From: Clostridia bacterium
Lineage (GTDB): Bacteria; Bacillota; Clostridia; Oscillospirales; CAG-272
NCBI GenBank assembly: GCA_017625755.1
Contig: JAGAKG010000036.1
Location: 92,952 to 156,951 of the forward strand
DNA: 64,000 bases
Direction of reading: 5' to 3'
The notes under the pieces were generated by a model. The model had not been told where the DNA came from. It saw only the letters and a program-made list of their open reading frames with translations, and searched no databases. Below, in pieces: positions 9,652 to 19,479 of the stretch. The number at the start of each line of letters is the position of its first letter. Position 1 is the first letter of the stretch. Position numbers and translations under genes: made by a program.

Positions 9652-9740
9652 GTTTGGATAAATTCAAAAAAAGTGAATAAAGCGGAGCGCGTCGGGGAAC
9701 AATATGCTGAATAAAAATTCAGACATATAAAGGAGAAGCT

Positions 9741-10367
9741 ATGAAAAACACACTCACACTTGTGGTATGCCTTGCATTTATTTGCATTATTATCGGACTT
9801 ATGCCCGTACACGGAGAGACCGAGATATACGATAGCGTGGTGCGCCTGCATGTACTCGCAAACTCGGACAGCGACGAGGACCAAGCACTCAAGCTCAAGG
9901 TCAGAGACGCCGTGCTTGCGCGCTCTGCGGAGATACTTGCGGGGTGCGACTCGCGCGAGGGGGCGATATCCGCTATAAATGAAAATATAGACCTGCTTGA
10001 GAGCGCCGCTAAGGAGACGGTGCTGTCCGAGGGATATTCTTACCAAGTGAGCGTTGAGCTTGGCGAGGAGGATTACCCCACGAGAAATTACGAATCGCTC
10101 TGCTTCCCCTCGGGAAGATATGTTTCCTTGAGGGTGCTTATCGGAGACGCCGAGGGGCAGAACTGGTGGTGCGTGCTCTTTCCGCCGATGTGCCTCTCGG
10201 CGGCAAGCGGGCGAACTGATGCCGAGGACGCGTTTATCTCTGTGGGACTGAGCGGAGAGCAGTATAAAATAATCACCGAGAGCGACGACACGAAGTACGA
10301 GGTCAGATTCAAAATACTCGAAACGATAGAAAACGCGAGAAATTCTATAGGAGACGCGTGGGGATAA
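9741..10367 (+). CDS. spoIIR: Stage II sporulation protein R
   Basis: Signal/TM segment, VVRLHVLANSDSDEDQALKLKVRDAVL and NWWCVLFPPMC are hallmark SpoIIR motifs. Confidence 0.9.
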   Translation: MKNTLTLVVCLAFICIIIGLMPVHGETEIYDSVVRLHVLANSDSDEDQALKLKVRDAVLARSAEILAGCDSREGAISAINENIDLLESAAKETVLSEGYSYQVSVELGEEDYPTRNYESLCFPSGRYVSLRVLIGDAEGQNWWCVLFPPMCLSAASGRTDAEDAFISVGLSGEQYKIITESDDTKYEVRFKILETIENARNSIGDAWG

Positions 10368-10375
10368 AAAGATAA

Positions 10376-10434
10376 GGGCTGTTTGATTCAGATGCAGAAA
10401 TTGAGATTTTGTTCTGCGCTAAATGAAGCAGCCC
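10376..10434. repeat. Imperfect palindromic element, short member of the family also seen at 19480-19702; probably acts as a convergent terminator
   Basis: gggctgt-ttgattc-agatgcagaa...ttttgtt-c-tgcgctaaatg-aag-cagccc followed by tttt. It shares its ends and internal blocks with the 223-bp element. Confidence 0.55.
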
Positions 10435-10451
10435 TTTTGCTATTTCTTTAT

Positions 10452-11960
10452 TTATGCCCTACGGCGTCGTACATATATTACGATTCCAACGGCGATAAGA
10501 GTTGCGGGTATCAGTAAAACGATAAAGATACCGAGAAATGTCGCGGTGCCCGAGGATACCGTGAGCAACGCTTCTTCCGAGAGCGGGTCGCTTATATCTC
10601 CGAGAGTAGACTCATAAGACTCTCCCATCCAGGTCATCGCGTATACAAGTAGAGAGAGGTCTGTGTTTGAGGTGTCTTCACCGTTAAAGGTCTCTGCGGA
10701 CGATAACCACACCATTCTCGTGGTTCCGCCGTCAACCGCTTCCTCAGCCGCAACGCCGAGATTGTAAACTCCCTTCGTCTTATCCTCGCCTATATATGCC
10801 TCATCCGAGGTCGTGAGTATCGGAGTGACAATCTGAGCGGAGCGTAGCGAGTCGCTGATCTTGATATGTGTTGCCTGACTTATGCTTACCGTGTATTCAT
10901 TTATGGGGAAGGAAGCAAAAATATCGTGGTCGGTGTTTATTACGGGAGAAAGCTCGTATATATCATATTCTTCTTCCTCGCCCTCACTCTCCTCGGCATC
11001 TTCCTCTGTGACGGGGTCCTCGGCAACAAGCTCAGCTGAGCTTGTCATTCCGTAATATTCGGCTATCGACATAAGATTTTCCATCGCAAGTGTTTCCTTG
11101 CTTGTGATAAGCAGGAGTCTGCCGCCGTCCTTGAGATAATCAAGTATAAGCGAGGTTTCTTCGTCGGAATAATCCTCTGTGGGCGCGTTGATTATAAGGC
11201 AGTCGGCGTCGAGAGGAATCTCGTCGGCGTCCGTGATATCAAGAACGCCGTACGCGTATTCCATATACGAGAGAAGCGAGGCAAAATTGCCGTCCTCCCA
11301 GCTATCCTCACCGTGTCCCGTAACAAAATAGGGGTGTGGGATATATTCGAGCGTAACATATTCAACCGTACTTGTGAGTGCGCGCTCACCGCAGAAATAA
11401 AGCTTTGAATTGTAGACCAATTCATTGAAAGCTTCGAGGTAGCTCTCAGACGAGGCAAACAGATAGTAACAATCCTGATACTGGCTATAAGACATTCGGT
11501 TTATGCCAAGCGCCTCGTTGGAAAAATAGTACATAGAGTAGAAATCAATGAACTGTGAGCGCTTCTCGCTCGATACTACGATACTGTAAGGATTTACGCC
11601 GTTGCTCGCGGAAATTCCGTGAGAGGAGAGAAAGTCCGCGTCCTCGAGAGTGTCGACATATTCGAGATTGAGATGCTTGCCGCTCATTGCGTATTTTTTT
11701 ATGAATGTTTCGAATTGAGCATTGCTTCCGTCGGCGTTGATAATGCTTATGGTAACATCTTCCTCAAGAGATGAGACAAATTTCTTTGTTTCATCGGATA
11801 TCGTGTAAAATCCTGACGAGGTCATATCGGCAAGCGTATGCTCGGGGATAAACGCGGCTCCGATATTGAGCGCGATAACCGCGAGAACGAGAGCGACCGA
11901 TACTATTATCGCAACGACTCCCTTGCTTGAGCGGGTGATGCCTGTTTTAGTTTCTTTCAT
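10452..11960 (-). CDS. GldG-like auxiliary component of an ABC-2 transport system
   Basis: N- and C-terminal TM anchors, a TGHGE motif (FVTGHGEDSWEDGNF), and a position downstream of the ABC-2 permease and ATPase. Confidence 0.7.
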   Translation of the reverse strand: MKETKTGITRSSKGVVAIIVSVALVLAVIALNIGAAFIPEHTLADMTSSGFYTISDETKKFVSSLEEDVTISIINADGSNAQFETFIKKYAMSGKHLNLEYVDTLEDADFLSSHGISASNGVNPYSIVVSSEKRSQFIDFYSMYYFSNEALGINRMSYSQYQDCYYLFASSESYLEAFNELVYNSKLYFCGERALTSTVEYVTLEYIPHPYFVTGHGEDSWEDGNFASLLSYMEYAYGVLDITDADEIPLDADCLIINAPTEDYSDEETSLILDYLKDGGRLLLITSKETLAMENLMSIAEYYGMTSSAELVAEDPVTEEDAEESEGEEEEYDIYELSPVINTDHDIFASFPINEYTVSISQATHIKISDSLRSAQIVTPILTTSDEAYIGEDKTKGVYNLGVAAEEAVDGGTTRMVWLSSAETFNGEDTSNTDLSLLVYAMTWMGESYESTLGDISDPLSEEALLTVSSGTATFLGIFIVLLIPATLIAVGIVIYVRRRRA

Positions 11961-11971
11961 ACCGCACCTCC

Positions 11972-12688
11972 TTACGCAAGACGCCGTCTCTCAAACGAGC
12001 GCACCGAAAGGAATACGAATAGCGCGCCGACAGAGAGGTAATATATGATAGCCCTGATATCAAAGATACCGTAGACGAACGGCTCGAATTTTCCGAATAT
12101 CGAAAATACCGAAAGTATCTTCGACACAGTCTCTCCCGCGGGGAGCGAGGATATCAGCGGCATAGCCATATAGAGGGCGATGAAGAATATTACCGTGATG
12201 TAATTAAAGACTGCGCAGAGAATGATATTGTCGCTCAGCGAGGACATAAACATACATATCGCTATGAGCGCCGCTCCAAAAAGGAAAAAGCAGAGAATAG
12301 ACGAGTATGAGACGAGATAGTTGACATCTCCCATAAAATTAAATATAAGGGGCATTATCGCGAGAAATGCCGTGGGTATCGCGAAAATTGCGAGCATAGC
12401 GAAATATTTGCCCAGAACTATACTTGAGGAGCGCAGAGGGAGCGAGTAAAGCAGCTGACAAGCGCCGCTTCTACGGTCCTTTGCGATAACATTCATAGTG
12501 AGCATCGGGATAAGGGGAGCGCAGCATATCATAAGAGCGTCTATGGTATAGCTTATAGAGGAATATAATGATTTAAAATTATACAGAGTTATAAAAGCTC
12601 CCGAAAAGAGAATAAGGACTGCGATAAATACAAATCCCGTCACATTCTGAAAATATGACTTGAATTCGCGCTTGAATATAACACTCAT
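11972..12688 (-). CDS. ABC-2 family transporter permease
   Basis: A 238-aa polytopic membrane protein that overlaps the ATPase gene by 4 nt. Confidence 0.75.
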   Translation of the reverse strand: MSVIFKREFKSYFQNVTGFVFIAVLILFSGAFITLYNFKSLYSSISYTIDALMICCAPLIPMLTMNVIAKDRRSGACQLLYSLPLRSSSIVLGKYFAMLAIFAIPTAFLAIMPLIFNFMGDVNYLVSYSSILCFFLFGAALIAICMFMSSLSDNIILCAVFNYITVIFFIALYMAMPLISSLPAGETVSKILSVFSIFGKFEPFVYGIFDIRAIIYYLSVGALFVFLSVRSFERRRLA

Positions 12689-13671
12689 TTTTTCTTACCC
12701 CCTTTGCGTTTCTTTTTATTTGTCGGGGACTCCGTCGTTTCCTCGGTGTCTGTGAGCTTCAGGTAAATATCCTCGAGCGTGAGAGAGCTGTTTTCCATCG
12801 AAAGGATAGGACAGCCCGCGTCCGCAAGGGCGGAGAATACCGCGTCCCTTATGTCGACGCCCGACTTATGCTCGAGCTTGAGGGATACAACACCGTCCTT
12901 ACTGCCCGTCACAGTGCAGTCGGTAAGCCCTCTGACCTGCTCGAGAGTGCGAAAAACAGACTCCTTCTGTCCGCGTACCGAAATACTCAACGCCTGAGTT
13001 TTTCCGAGCTTCTGCTCGAGGTTTTCAATACTGTCGTGAGCTATCATTTTTCCGTGCGAGATTATAAGCACATCGTCGCAAAGCTCCTCTATCTCGGAGA
13101 GGATATGACTGCTTACGACGACGGTCTTCACGCGTCCAAGCTTCTTTATGAGCTTGCGTATCTCGATTATCTGCTTGGGGTCAAGACCGACGGTAGGCTC
13201 GTCGAGCAGAATTATATCGGGATTTCCGAGCATCGTTTGCGCGATTCCTATTCTTTGCTTGTATCCCTTCGAGAGGTTTTTGATGAGTCTGCCCGAAACA
13301 TTCTCAATATCGGTAAGCTCCATAACGCTGTTTACATTTCTGTATAGCTTATCGTAAGGCACATTCTTTGCCTGAGCTACGAAAACGAGATACTCGTGCG
13401 TGGTCATATTATCGTAAAGCGGGGGAATCTCGGGAAGATAGCCTATCTTCTTTTTTGCCTCAAGGGGATTTTCGGAGATATCCACGCCGTCAATGAGAAC
13501 GCTTCCCGCGCTTGCGCGAAGACAACCCGTTATTATGTTCATAGTCGTGGATTTTCCCGCGCCGTTCGGGCCGAGAAAGCCGTGAACACCGCCCTTTGAT
13601 ATGGTGAAGCTGAGGTTATCGACCGCAACCTTATCACCGTATTTTTTTACCAGATTTTGTACTTTTATCAA
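12685..13671 (-). CDS. ABC transporter ATP-binding protein
   Basis: Walker A GPNGAGKSTT, signature LSKGYKQRIGIAQ, Walker B IILLDEPTVGLD. TTG start preceded by GGAGGA. Confidence 0.9.
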   Translation of the reverse strand: MIKVQNLVKKYGDKVAVDNLSFTISKGGVHGFLGPNGAGKSTTMNIITGCLRASAGSVLIDGVDISENPLEAKKKIGYLPEIPPLYDNMTTHEYLVFVAQAKNVPYDKLYRNVNSVMELTDIENVSGRLIKNLSKGYKQRIGIAQTMLGNPDIILLDEPTVGLDPKQIIEIRKLIKKLGRVKTVVVSSHILSEIEELCDDVLIISHGKMIAHDSIENLEQKLGKTQALSISVRGQKESVFRTLEQVRGLTDCTVTGSKDGVVSLKLEHKSGVDIRDAVFSALADAGCPILSMENSSLTLEDIYLKLTDTEETTESPTNKKKRKGGKKK

Positions 13672-13786
13672 GTTGATTTCCTCCGAGGAGATTTTTAATA
13701 AAATATCACTATTTATATTACCGCAAAACTATGTACGCTGTTTTAATGATTTATGACGATTTTGTGATGTGAATATAAAAAACCAC

Positions 13787-13828
13787 AGAAAAAGTTGGAC
13801 GACTCACATTTTGTGAGACACCCAACTT
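13787..13828 (-). terminator. Intrinsic terminator after the MATE gene
   Basis: On the minus strand AAGTTGG...CTCAC-loop-GTGAG...CCAACTT is followed by TTTTCTGTGGTTTTTT. Confidence 0.5.
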
Positions 13829-13834
13829 TGATGT

Positions 13835-15235
13835 TTAATGTCGTATCGACTTTTTCATAAGTCCGAGGTCTCCCTCGGGAATAGCGCCGTTTTTCAAGGT
13901 CTTTCTGTATATTACGATAAACGCGATGAAATTCGCGGCAAACGCCAACAACCAGGAGACGGGGTAGGAAATATATATACTCGTTGGTGTACCCCACAGC
14001 TTGAATATCGTGTTTACCCAGAGAATACGCACACCGCACACTCCAATGAGAGTGAAAACCATAGTCGTGACCGACTTGCCCATACCTCGCAGAGTACCCG
14101 CGACCGCCTCCATCATACCGCATAGGATATATGTCGGCGCGATTATCATCGTTCGGCGAAGCCCCGCCTCGATGACCTCCTCGCTTCCACCCGCGTAAAG
14201 CCCGATAAGCTCAACTCGGAAGATAAGCACAGCGGCGGCAAAGAGCGCCCAGACTGCGGCTGTTACGCATATACAGCCGAGCAGGACCCGTCCGATTCGG
14301 TCATATTTCTTAGCTCCCACATTCTGTCCCGTGAATGTGACGGCAGACTGGCTTACCGAGTTCATAGCGATCCATATAAAGCCCTCGATATTTCCCGCGG
14401 CGGAGTTTCCTGCCATAACTATATCGTCGAAGCTGTTTATCGAGGATTGAATGACGACATTCGAGAGCGCAAAGAGAGAGCCCTGAATACCCGAGGGTAT
14501 TCCTATCGCAAGCATTCTCGAAAGAGAGACTTTGTCCACCTTCAACTCGCCGAGCGTTATTTTAAGATAGCTGTTGCTTCGGCACATATATATAACCACC
14601 ATAATCGCCGAAAGCACCTGAGAAAGCACGGTTGCCACTGCCACGCCAGCCACGCCCATATCGAACGCCGTGACGAGAATTATGTTGAGGACTACATTGG
14701 CGAGCCCCGATACCGTCAGAAAGACCAGAGGGTGCTTTGTGTCTCCCGACGAGCGGAGAATTGACGCGCAGTAGTTATAAAGAAGATTTGCGGGGACACC
14801 GCAGAAGATTATTCTTATGTATAGAGTGGAATATTCTATGACATTGTCGGGCGTGTCCATAAGTCGTAGAAGCTGAGGCGCGAAGATAAATCCGAAAATG
14901 CCGACGATAATTCCAAGCACCAGCGACGAGATAACTGAGGTGTGAACGACCTTGCGCACCTTGTCGTATTCCTTTGAGCCGATATATTGCGCGGCGCATA
15001 CGCCCGCTCCCACCGATAGTCCCATAAATACTCCGACGATAAGATTGGTGAGCGCCGATGTGCTGCCGACGGCAGCAAGGGCAATATGACCGTTGAAGTG
15101 ACCGACTATTATGAGGTCAGCGGCGTTATATAAGCATTGAAGCAGTCCCGTTAGGACGAGGGGGAGGGAAAATTTGATTATTTTTCTGAACAGAGAGCCC
15201 TCTGTCATGTCCATTTCGTGTTTATAGGTGTTCAT
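13835..15235 (-). CDS. MATE-family efflux transporter
   Basis: A 12-TM protein whose N-terminus MTEGSLFRKIIKFSLPLVLTGLLQ is typical of MATE/NorM transporters. I preferred the ATG at 15235 over 15268. Confidence 0.85.
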   Translation of the reverse strand: MNTYKHEMDMTEGSLFRKIIKFSLPLVLTGLLQCLYNAADLIIVGHFNGHIALAAVGSTSALTNLIVGVFMGLSVGAGVCAAQYIGSKEYDKVRKVVHTSVISSLVLGIIVGIFGFIFAPQLLRLMDTPDNVIEYSTLYIRIIFCGVPANLLYNYCASILRSSGDTKHPLVFLTVSGLANVVLNIILVTAFDMGVAGVAVATVLSQVLSAIMVVIYMCRSNSYLKITLGELKVDKVSLSRMLAIGIPSGIQGSLFALSNVVIQSSINSFDDIVMAGNSAAGNIEGFIWIAMNSVSQSAVTFTGQNVGAKKYDRIGRVLLGCICVTAAVWALFAAAVLIFRVELIGLYAGGSEEVIEAGLRRTMIIAPTYILCGMMEAVAGTLRGMGKSVTTMVFTLIGVCGVRILWVNTIFKLWGTPTSIYISYPVSWLLAFAANFIAFIVIYRKTLKNGAIPEGDLGLMKKSIRH

Positions 15236-15356
15236 TTTTTGCCTTTCTTTGAGTCGATGACGGCTCAAAGATAATTATAGCACTCCTTTCCAAAATGTCA
15301 ATAAGGTGAGTCTAAATTATTTTTTTGATTAAAATTTTTCAAAGTGAAAAAAACTA

Positions 15357-15385
15357 TTGACAAAAGAAAACTTTTGTAGTATAAT
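15357..15385 (+). promoter_or_regulatory. Sigma-A type promoter for rpsU
   Basis: TTGACA (15357-15362), a 17-nt spacer, then TATAAT (15380-15385). Confidence 0.65.
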
Positions 15386-15437
15386 ATCATTCGATTAATT
15401 GTCTTCTGGCAATATGCGGAGGGAGGGAAAAAGAAAA

Positions 15438-15614
15438 ATGGCAGAAATCAGAGTCAAGGAAGGCGAGTCTTTGGACAGCGCACTCCGTCGTTTCAAAAGA
15501 GCAACTGCTCGTTCCGGCGTCCTTACCGAGCTTCGCAAGAGAGAACATTATGAGAAGCCCAGCGTAAAGCGCAAGAAAAAGTCGGAAGCTGCTCGCAAGA
15601 GAAAATATAAATAA
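15438..15614 (+). CDS. rpsU: 30S ribosomal protein S21
   Basis: [55 protein letters not shown]. The ATG at 15438 follows GGAGGGAGGG. Confidence 0.95.
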   Translation: MAEIRVKEGESLDSALRRFKRATARSGVLTELRKREHYEKPSVKRKKKSEAARKRKYK

Positions 15615-15628
15615 TTTTCTTAGTACAC

Positions 15629-15661
15629 AAAAGGAGTATTGCTTGCAATACTCCTTTTTTG
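15629..15661 (+). terminator. rpsU intrinsic terminator
   Basis: aaggagtattgc-tt-gcaatactcctt followed by tttttt. Confidence 0.8.
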
Positions 15662-15732
15662 CTAAAATTATTGTATTTTTGAAATTATCGTGCTATAATT
15701 AATTATAATTTTTTCGTATGGAGAATAAAACA

Positions 15733-17103
15733 ATGAGAGAAAAGCTTGGAAGCCGCCTTGGCTTCATATTGCTCAGCGCGGGATGCGCGATAGGAGTTGG
15801 AAATGTATGGAAATTTCCCTGGATGGTAGGACAGTACGGAGGAGCTATCTTCGTTCTCGTCTATATCTTCTTCCTTATCTTTCTCGGTGTCCCCGTTATG
15901 ACTATGGAATTTGCCATGGGACGCGCGGCGCAGAAAAGCCCCGTCAAGATGTATCAGGAAATAGAGCCCCGCGGAACGAAGTGGCATATCCACGGAATTT
16001 TTGCACTTATCGGTAATGTTATACTTATGATGTTCTATACCAATGTTTCGGGTTGGATGCTTCAGTATTTCTTCAAGACCGCAAAGGGTGACTTTGTGGG
16101 GCTTGACGCCACGGGCGTCAAAGCCGAGTTCGGAGAGATGCTCGCCGATCCTGTGTGGCAGACGGTATTTATGGGAATCATAGTCGTCATAGGCGCGCTC
16201 GTATGCCTTATAGGTGTTAAAAAGGGACTCGAGAGAGTCAGCAAATATATGATGCTCGCGCTGCTTGCGCTTATGGTGGTTCTTGCCATAAACAGTATCT
16301 TCCTCGACGGAGCGGCTGAAGGGCTTAAATTCTACCTCGTTCCTAATGTGGATAATGTCAAAGAGATCGGATTTGCCAATGTGGTCGTTGGGGCTATGAA
16401 TCAGGCGTTCTTTACGCTCAGCCTCGGAATAGGCTCTATGGCGATTTTCGGAAGCTATCTTGATAAGAAGCGCTCTCTTATGGGAGAGGCGGTTAATGTT
16501 GCGGTTCTTGATACCTTCGTAGCTATCACATCAGGACTTATCATTTTCCCCGCTTGCTTTGCGTACGGAGTTGAGCCGGGGGCAGGTCCTTCGCTTATCT
16601 TTGAAACGCTTCCCAATGTATTCAACAATATGCCGCTCGGCAGACTCTGGGGAAGCCTGTTCTTCGTATTTATGAGCTTTGCGGCGCTCTCAACCGTTCT
16701 CGCGGTGTTTGAGAATATTATTGCGTGTATTATGGACCTCACGGGTTGGGGCAGAAAGATGACCAGCCTTATAGTAGGCGGGGGAATATTCCTGCTTTCA
16801 ATTCCTTGTATACTCGGATTTAATCTATGGTCGGGATTCGTTCCTTTCGCCGAGGGCTCGGGTATTCTTGACCTTGAGGACTTTATCGTAAGTAATATTC
16901 TTCTTCCTCTCGGCTCGCTTACGCTCGTTCTGTTCTGCGTAATATCGCGTTACGGCTGGGGCTGGAATAATTTTATCAAGGAAGCCAACGAGGGCAAGGG
17001 ACTCAAGGTTGCAAAATGGATGCGTCCTGTCGTCACATTCGTCGTTCCCGCAATCATTCTCATTATGTTTATCGTGGGACTTGTGACATTTAAATACAGA
17101 TAA
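15733..17103 (+). CDS. Sodium-dependent transporter, SNF (neurotransmitter:sodium symporter) family
   Basis: LGFILLSAGCAIGVGNVWKFPW is the NSS signature, and the protein has about 11-12 TM helices. The start at 15733 has a GGAGA RBS; the ORF track lists 15718. Confidence 0.9.
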   Translation: MREKLGSRLGFILLSAGCAIGVGNVWKFPWMVGQYGGAIFVLVYIFFLIFLGVPVMTMEFAMGRAAQKSPVKMYQEIEPRGTKWHIHGIFALIGNVILMMFYTNVSGWMLQYFFKTAKGDFVGLDATGVKAEFGEMLADPVWQTVFMGIIVVIGALVCLIGVKKGLERVSKYMMLALLALMVVLAINSIFLDGAAEGLKFYLVPNVDNVKEIGFANVVVGAMNQAFFTLSLGIGSMAIFGSYLDKKRSLMGEAVNVAVLDTFVAITSGLIIFPACFAYGVEPGAGPSLIFETLPNVFNNMPLGRLWGSLFFVFMSFAALSTVLAVFENIIACIMDLTGWGRKMTSLIVGGGIFLLSIPCILGFNLWSGFVPFAEGSGILDLEDFIVSNILLPLGSLTLVLFCVISRYGWGWNNFIKEANEGKGLKVAKWMRPVVTFVVPAIILIMFIVGLVTFKYR

Positions 17104-17111
17104 TGCTTTTC

Positions 17112-17141
17112 GGGAGTGTCGGAAAACGGCACTCCCTTTTT
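17112..17141 (+). terminator. Intrinsic terminator after the SNF transporter gene
   Basis: gggagtg...cactccc stem followed by ttttt. Confidence 0.65.
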
Positions 17142-17232
17142 GATTTGCGGATAAATTTCAACAATATTTTTCTTCGATACTCAAAAGGAAAAAGTTTCTT
17201 TGCGTTTTGGGGAGTAATATTCTTTATAGCTA

Positions 17233-17261
17233 TTGAAAAAATATTGCAGATATGATAAAAT
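17233..17261 (+). promoter_or_regulatory. Putative sigma-A promoter for the carboxypeptidase gene
   Basis: TTGAAA, a 17-nt spacer, then TAAAAT. Confidence 0.4.
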
Positions 17262-17295
17262 ATAGAAAATAAATTTGAAAACAAAGGATATAAAG

Positions 17296-18453
17296 ATGAA
17301 ACTTTACAATTCAGACCCCTCGCGCAAAACGGCGGAAATAAAGCCCTCATTTCTGATTATTCTTATCGCAACGCTCGTTCTGCTCGTAACGCTCACGATA
17401 AGCCTTTTTGTGGTTATGTATCTTGAAAAGAACGCAAGCTCCGAGCCCGATTTCGGCGGAAACAGAGGAGGAAACAGACAGACTCAAAGCACGACAGATC
17501 CCTCTGTCCCCGCGGGTAATCTGAACACAACACCCCTCTATCCCACAAAGGAAACGAGGACAAGCTATAAAATAAGCACGGGAAGTGATGTTGTAAAGCT
17601 TACCGACGATACATTCATAACCTCGAATAATACCGTTCTTGTGAAGGTTGGAGCAAATTCGCTGACATCTGTCGTTGAGAAATCGGCGGATACGAAAATG
17701 TATCCCGCTTCGATGACTAAGGTTATGACCTTGCTCGTGGCGTGTGAGCGAGTCACAGACCTCGACACTATGCTCACCATAACCGAGGAGCATATAGATT
17801 ACGCCACCAAGAGCGGCGGCGGATCATCCTTCTTTGGAATCGGGGATCCCGAGCTTGCGGGTGAGAAGGTCTCTGTCAGAGACGCGCTCTATCTTATATC
17901 CTATAAATCTGATACTCTTTCCTGCCTGCTCATAGCAGACCATATCGCGGGCTCTCAGGATGCTTTCGTTCAGCTTATGAATCAGAAAGCGAAGGCGATA
18001 GGGCTTACGGGTACGAATTTTGTCAACTGTACGGGTCTTTATAACGAAAATCACTATTCCACCTGCAAGGATATAGCGTCTATTATGGCGTATGCGATGG
18101 ATAATGAGTTGGCTAAGAGTATTCTTTTCTCGACTAAGACATATACCTTCCAGTCGGACAAGTTTTATACTGCGAAGGATCCGACAAAAAAGGTTACCTA
18201 TTATCTCACCTATCCCGACTGGTACGGAGCGGCGAAGCGCTTCAATAAGAATAACAAGCTTGATACCGTGACCGTAATTGCGGGAAAGACAGGCTATGTT
18301 GAGGAATCGGGAATCTCGCTCGTAAGTGTGGCAGAGGCGGCAGACGGAACGCTTTACATAAATGTTATCGTGGGCAAGCCAAAGGGAAGCGGACTTACCG
18401 AGGATATATCGACTGATGAGGTCAAAAAAATATACAATACATACGCTAAATAA
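17296..18453 (+). CDS. D-alanyl-D-alanine carboxypeptidase (serine-type, peptidase S11)
   Basis: TM anchor, then the active-site PASMTKVMT (SxxK). The overall layout is PBP5-like. The ATG at 17296 has better RBS spacing than the TTG at 17275. Confidence 0.8.
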   Translation: MKLYNSDPSRKTAEIKPSFLIILIATLVLLVTLTISLFVVMYLEKNASSEPDFGGNRGGNRQTQSTTDPSVPAGNLNTTPLYPTKETRTSYKISTGSDVVKLTDDTFITSNNTVLVKVGANSLTSVVEKSADTKMYPASMTKVMTLLVACERVTDLDTMLTITEEHIDYATKSGGGSSFFGIGDPELAGEKVSVRDALYLISYKSDTLSCLLIADHIAGSQDAFVQLMNQKAKAIGLTGTNFVNCTGLYNENHYSTCKDIASIMAYAMDNELAKSILFSTKTYTFQSDKFYTAKDPTKKVTYYLTYPDWYGAAKRFNKNNKLDTVTVIAGKTGYVEESGISLVSVAEAADGTLYINVIVGKPKGSGLTEDISTDEVKKIYNTYAK

Positions 18454-18480
18454 AGAGTTTTATAAATGTGAGGTGCAGAT

Positions 18481-19467
18481 ATGAAAATAAGAATTGGAAT
18501 TTACGGATATGGAAATCTTGGCAGAGGCATTGAAAACGCTATTCGCCAAAATCCCGATATGGAGCTTGTTGCGGTATTTACGCGCAGAGAGCCTTCGTCG
18601 CTTAAGATAGGAAGTGAGGGTGTGGCTGTAAGACACGCAAGCGAGGTCGATGAGTATATCGGAAAGATAGATGTTATGATACTTTGCGGCGGAAGCGCGA
18701 CAGACCTTCCCGCGCAGACGCCCGAGCTTGCGAAAAAGTTCTCGGTCGTCGATAGCTTTGACACACACGCCAAAATTCCCGAGCATTTTGCAAATGTAGA
18801 TGCTGCGGCAAGAGAGGGTGGAAACATCGCTATGATATCTGTCGGTTGGGACCCGGGAATGTTCTCGCTGAACCGTTTTTACGCGGGCGTCATATTGCCC
18901 GACGGTAAGGATTATACCTTCTGGGGCAAGGGCGTAAGTCAGGGACATTCCGACGCGATACGCCGTATTGACGGAGTACTTGACGCAAAGCAGTATACGA
19001 TACCGATAGAGAGCGCCCTCGAGGCGGTCAGAAGCGGCTCGGAGCCCGAGCTTACCACCAGAGAAAAGCACCTGCGTGAGTGCTTCGTGGTGGCAGAGGA
19101 GGGAGCCGATAAGACTCGTATTGAGAACGAGATAAAGCAGATGCCAAACTACTTTGCCGATTATGATACGGTAGTGCATTTCATCACCGCAGAGGAGCTG
19201 AAGCGCGACCATAGCGGTATTCCTCACGGCGGATTTGTTATAAGAACGGGTAAGACGGGCGCGTCTCTCGAGCATAATCATGTGATAGAGTATAGCTTAA
19301 AGCTTGACTCAAACCCCGAGTTTACCGCCTCTGTTATAGTCGCATTCGCGCGCGCTGTCGCAAGAATGAGTGCCGAGGGCGTCAAGGGCTGTAAAACGGT
19401 TTTCGATATACCGCCGATATACCTCTCGCCTAAATCCTCGGAGGAGATAATAAAATCATTACTTTAA
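18481..19467 (+). CDS. ddh: meso-diaminopimelate D-dehydrogenase
   Basis: MKIRIGIYGYGNLGRGIENAIRQNPDMELVAVFTRR, GWDPGMFS, FWGKGVSQGHSDAIRRI and PHGGFVIRTG closely parallel the characterised Ddh as I remember it. Confidence 0.9.
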   Translation: MKIRIGIYGYGNLGRGIENAIRQNPDMELVAVFTRREPSSLKIGSEGVAVRHASEVDEYIGKIDVMILCGGSATDLPAQTPELAKKFSVVDSFDTHAKIPEHFANVDAAAREGGNIAMISVGWDPGMFSLNRFYAGVILPDGKDYTFWGKGVSQGHSDAIRRIDGVLDAKQYTIPIESALEAVRSGSEPELTTREKHLRECFVVAEEGADKTRIENEIKQMPNYFADYDTVVHFITAEELKRDHSGIPHGGFVIRTGKTGASLEHNHVIEYSLKLDSNPEFTASVIVAFARAVARMSAEGVKGCKTVFDIPPIYLSPKSSEEIIKSLL

Positions 19468-19479
19468 TATTGCAATTAT

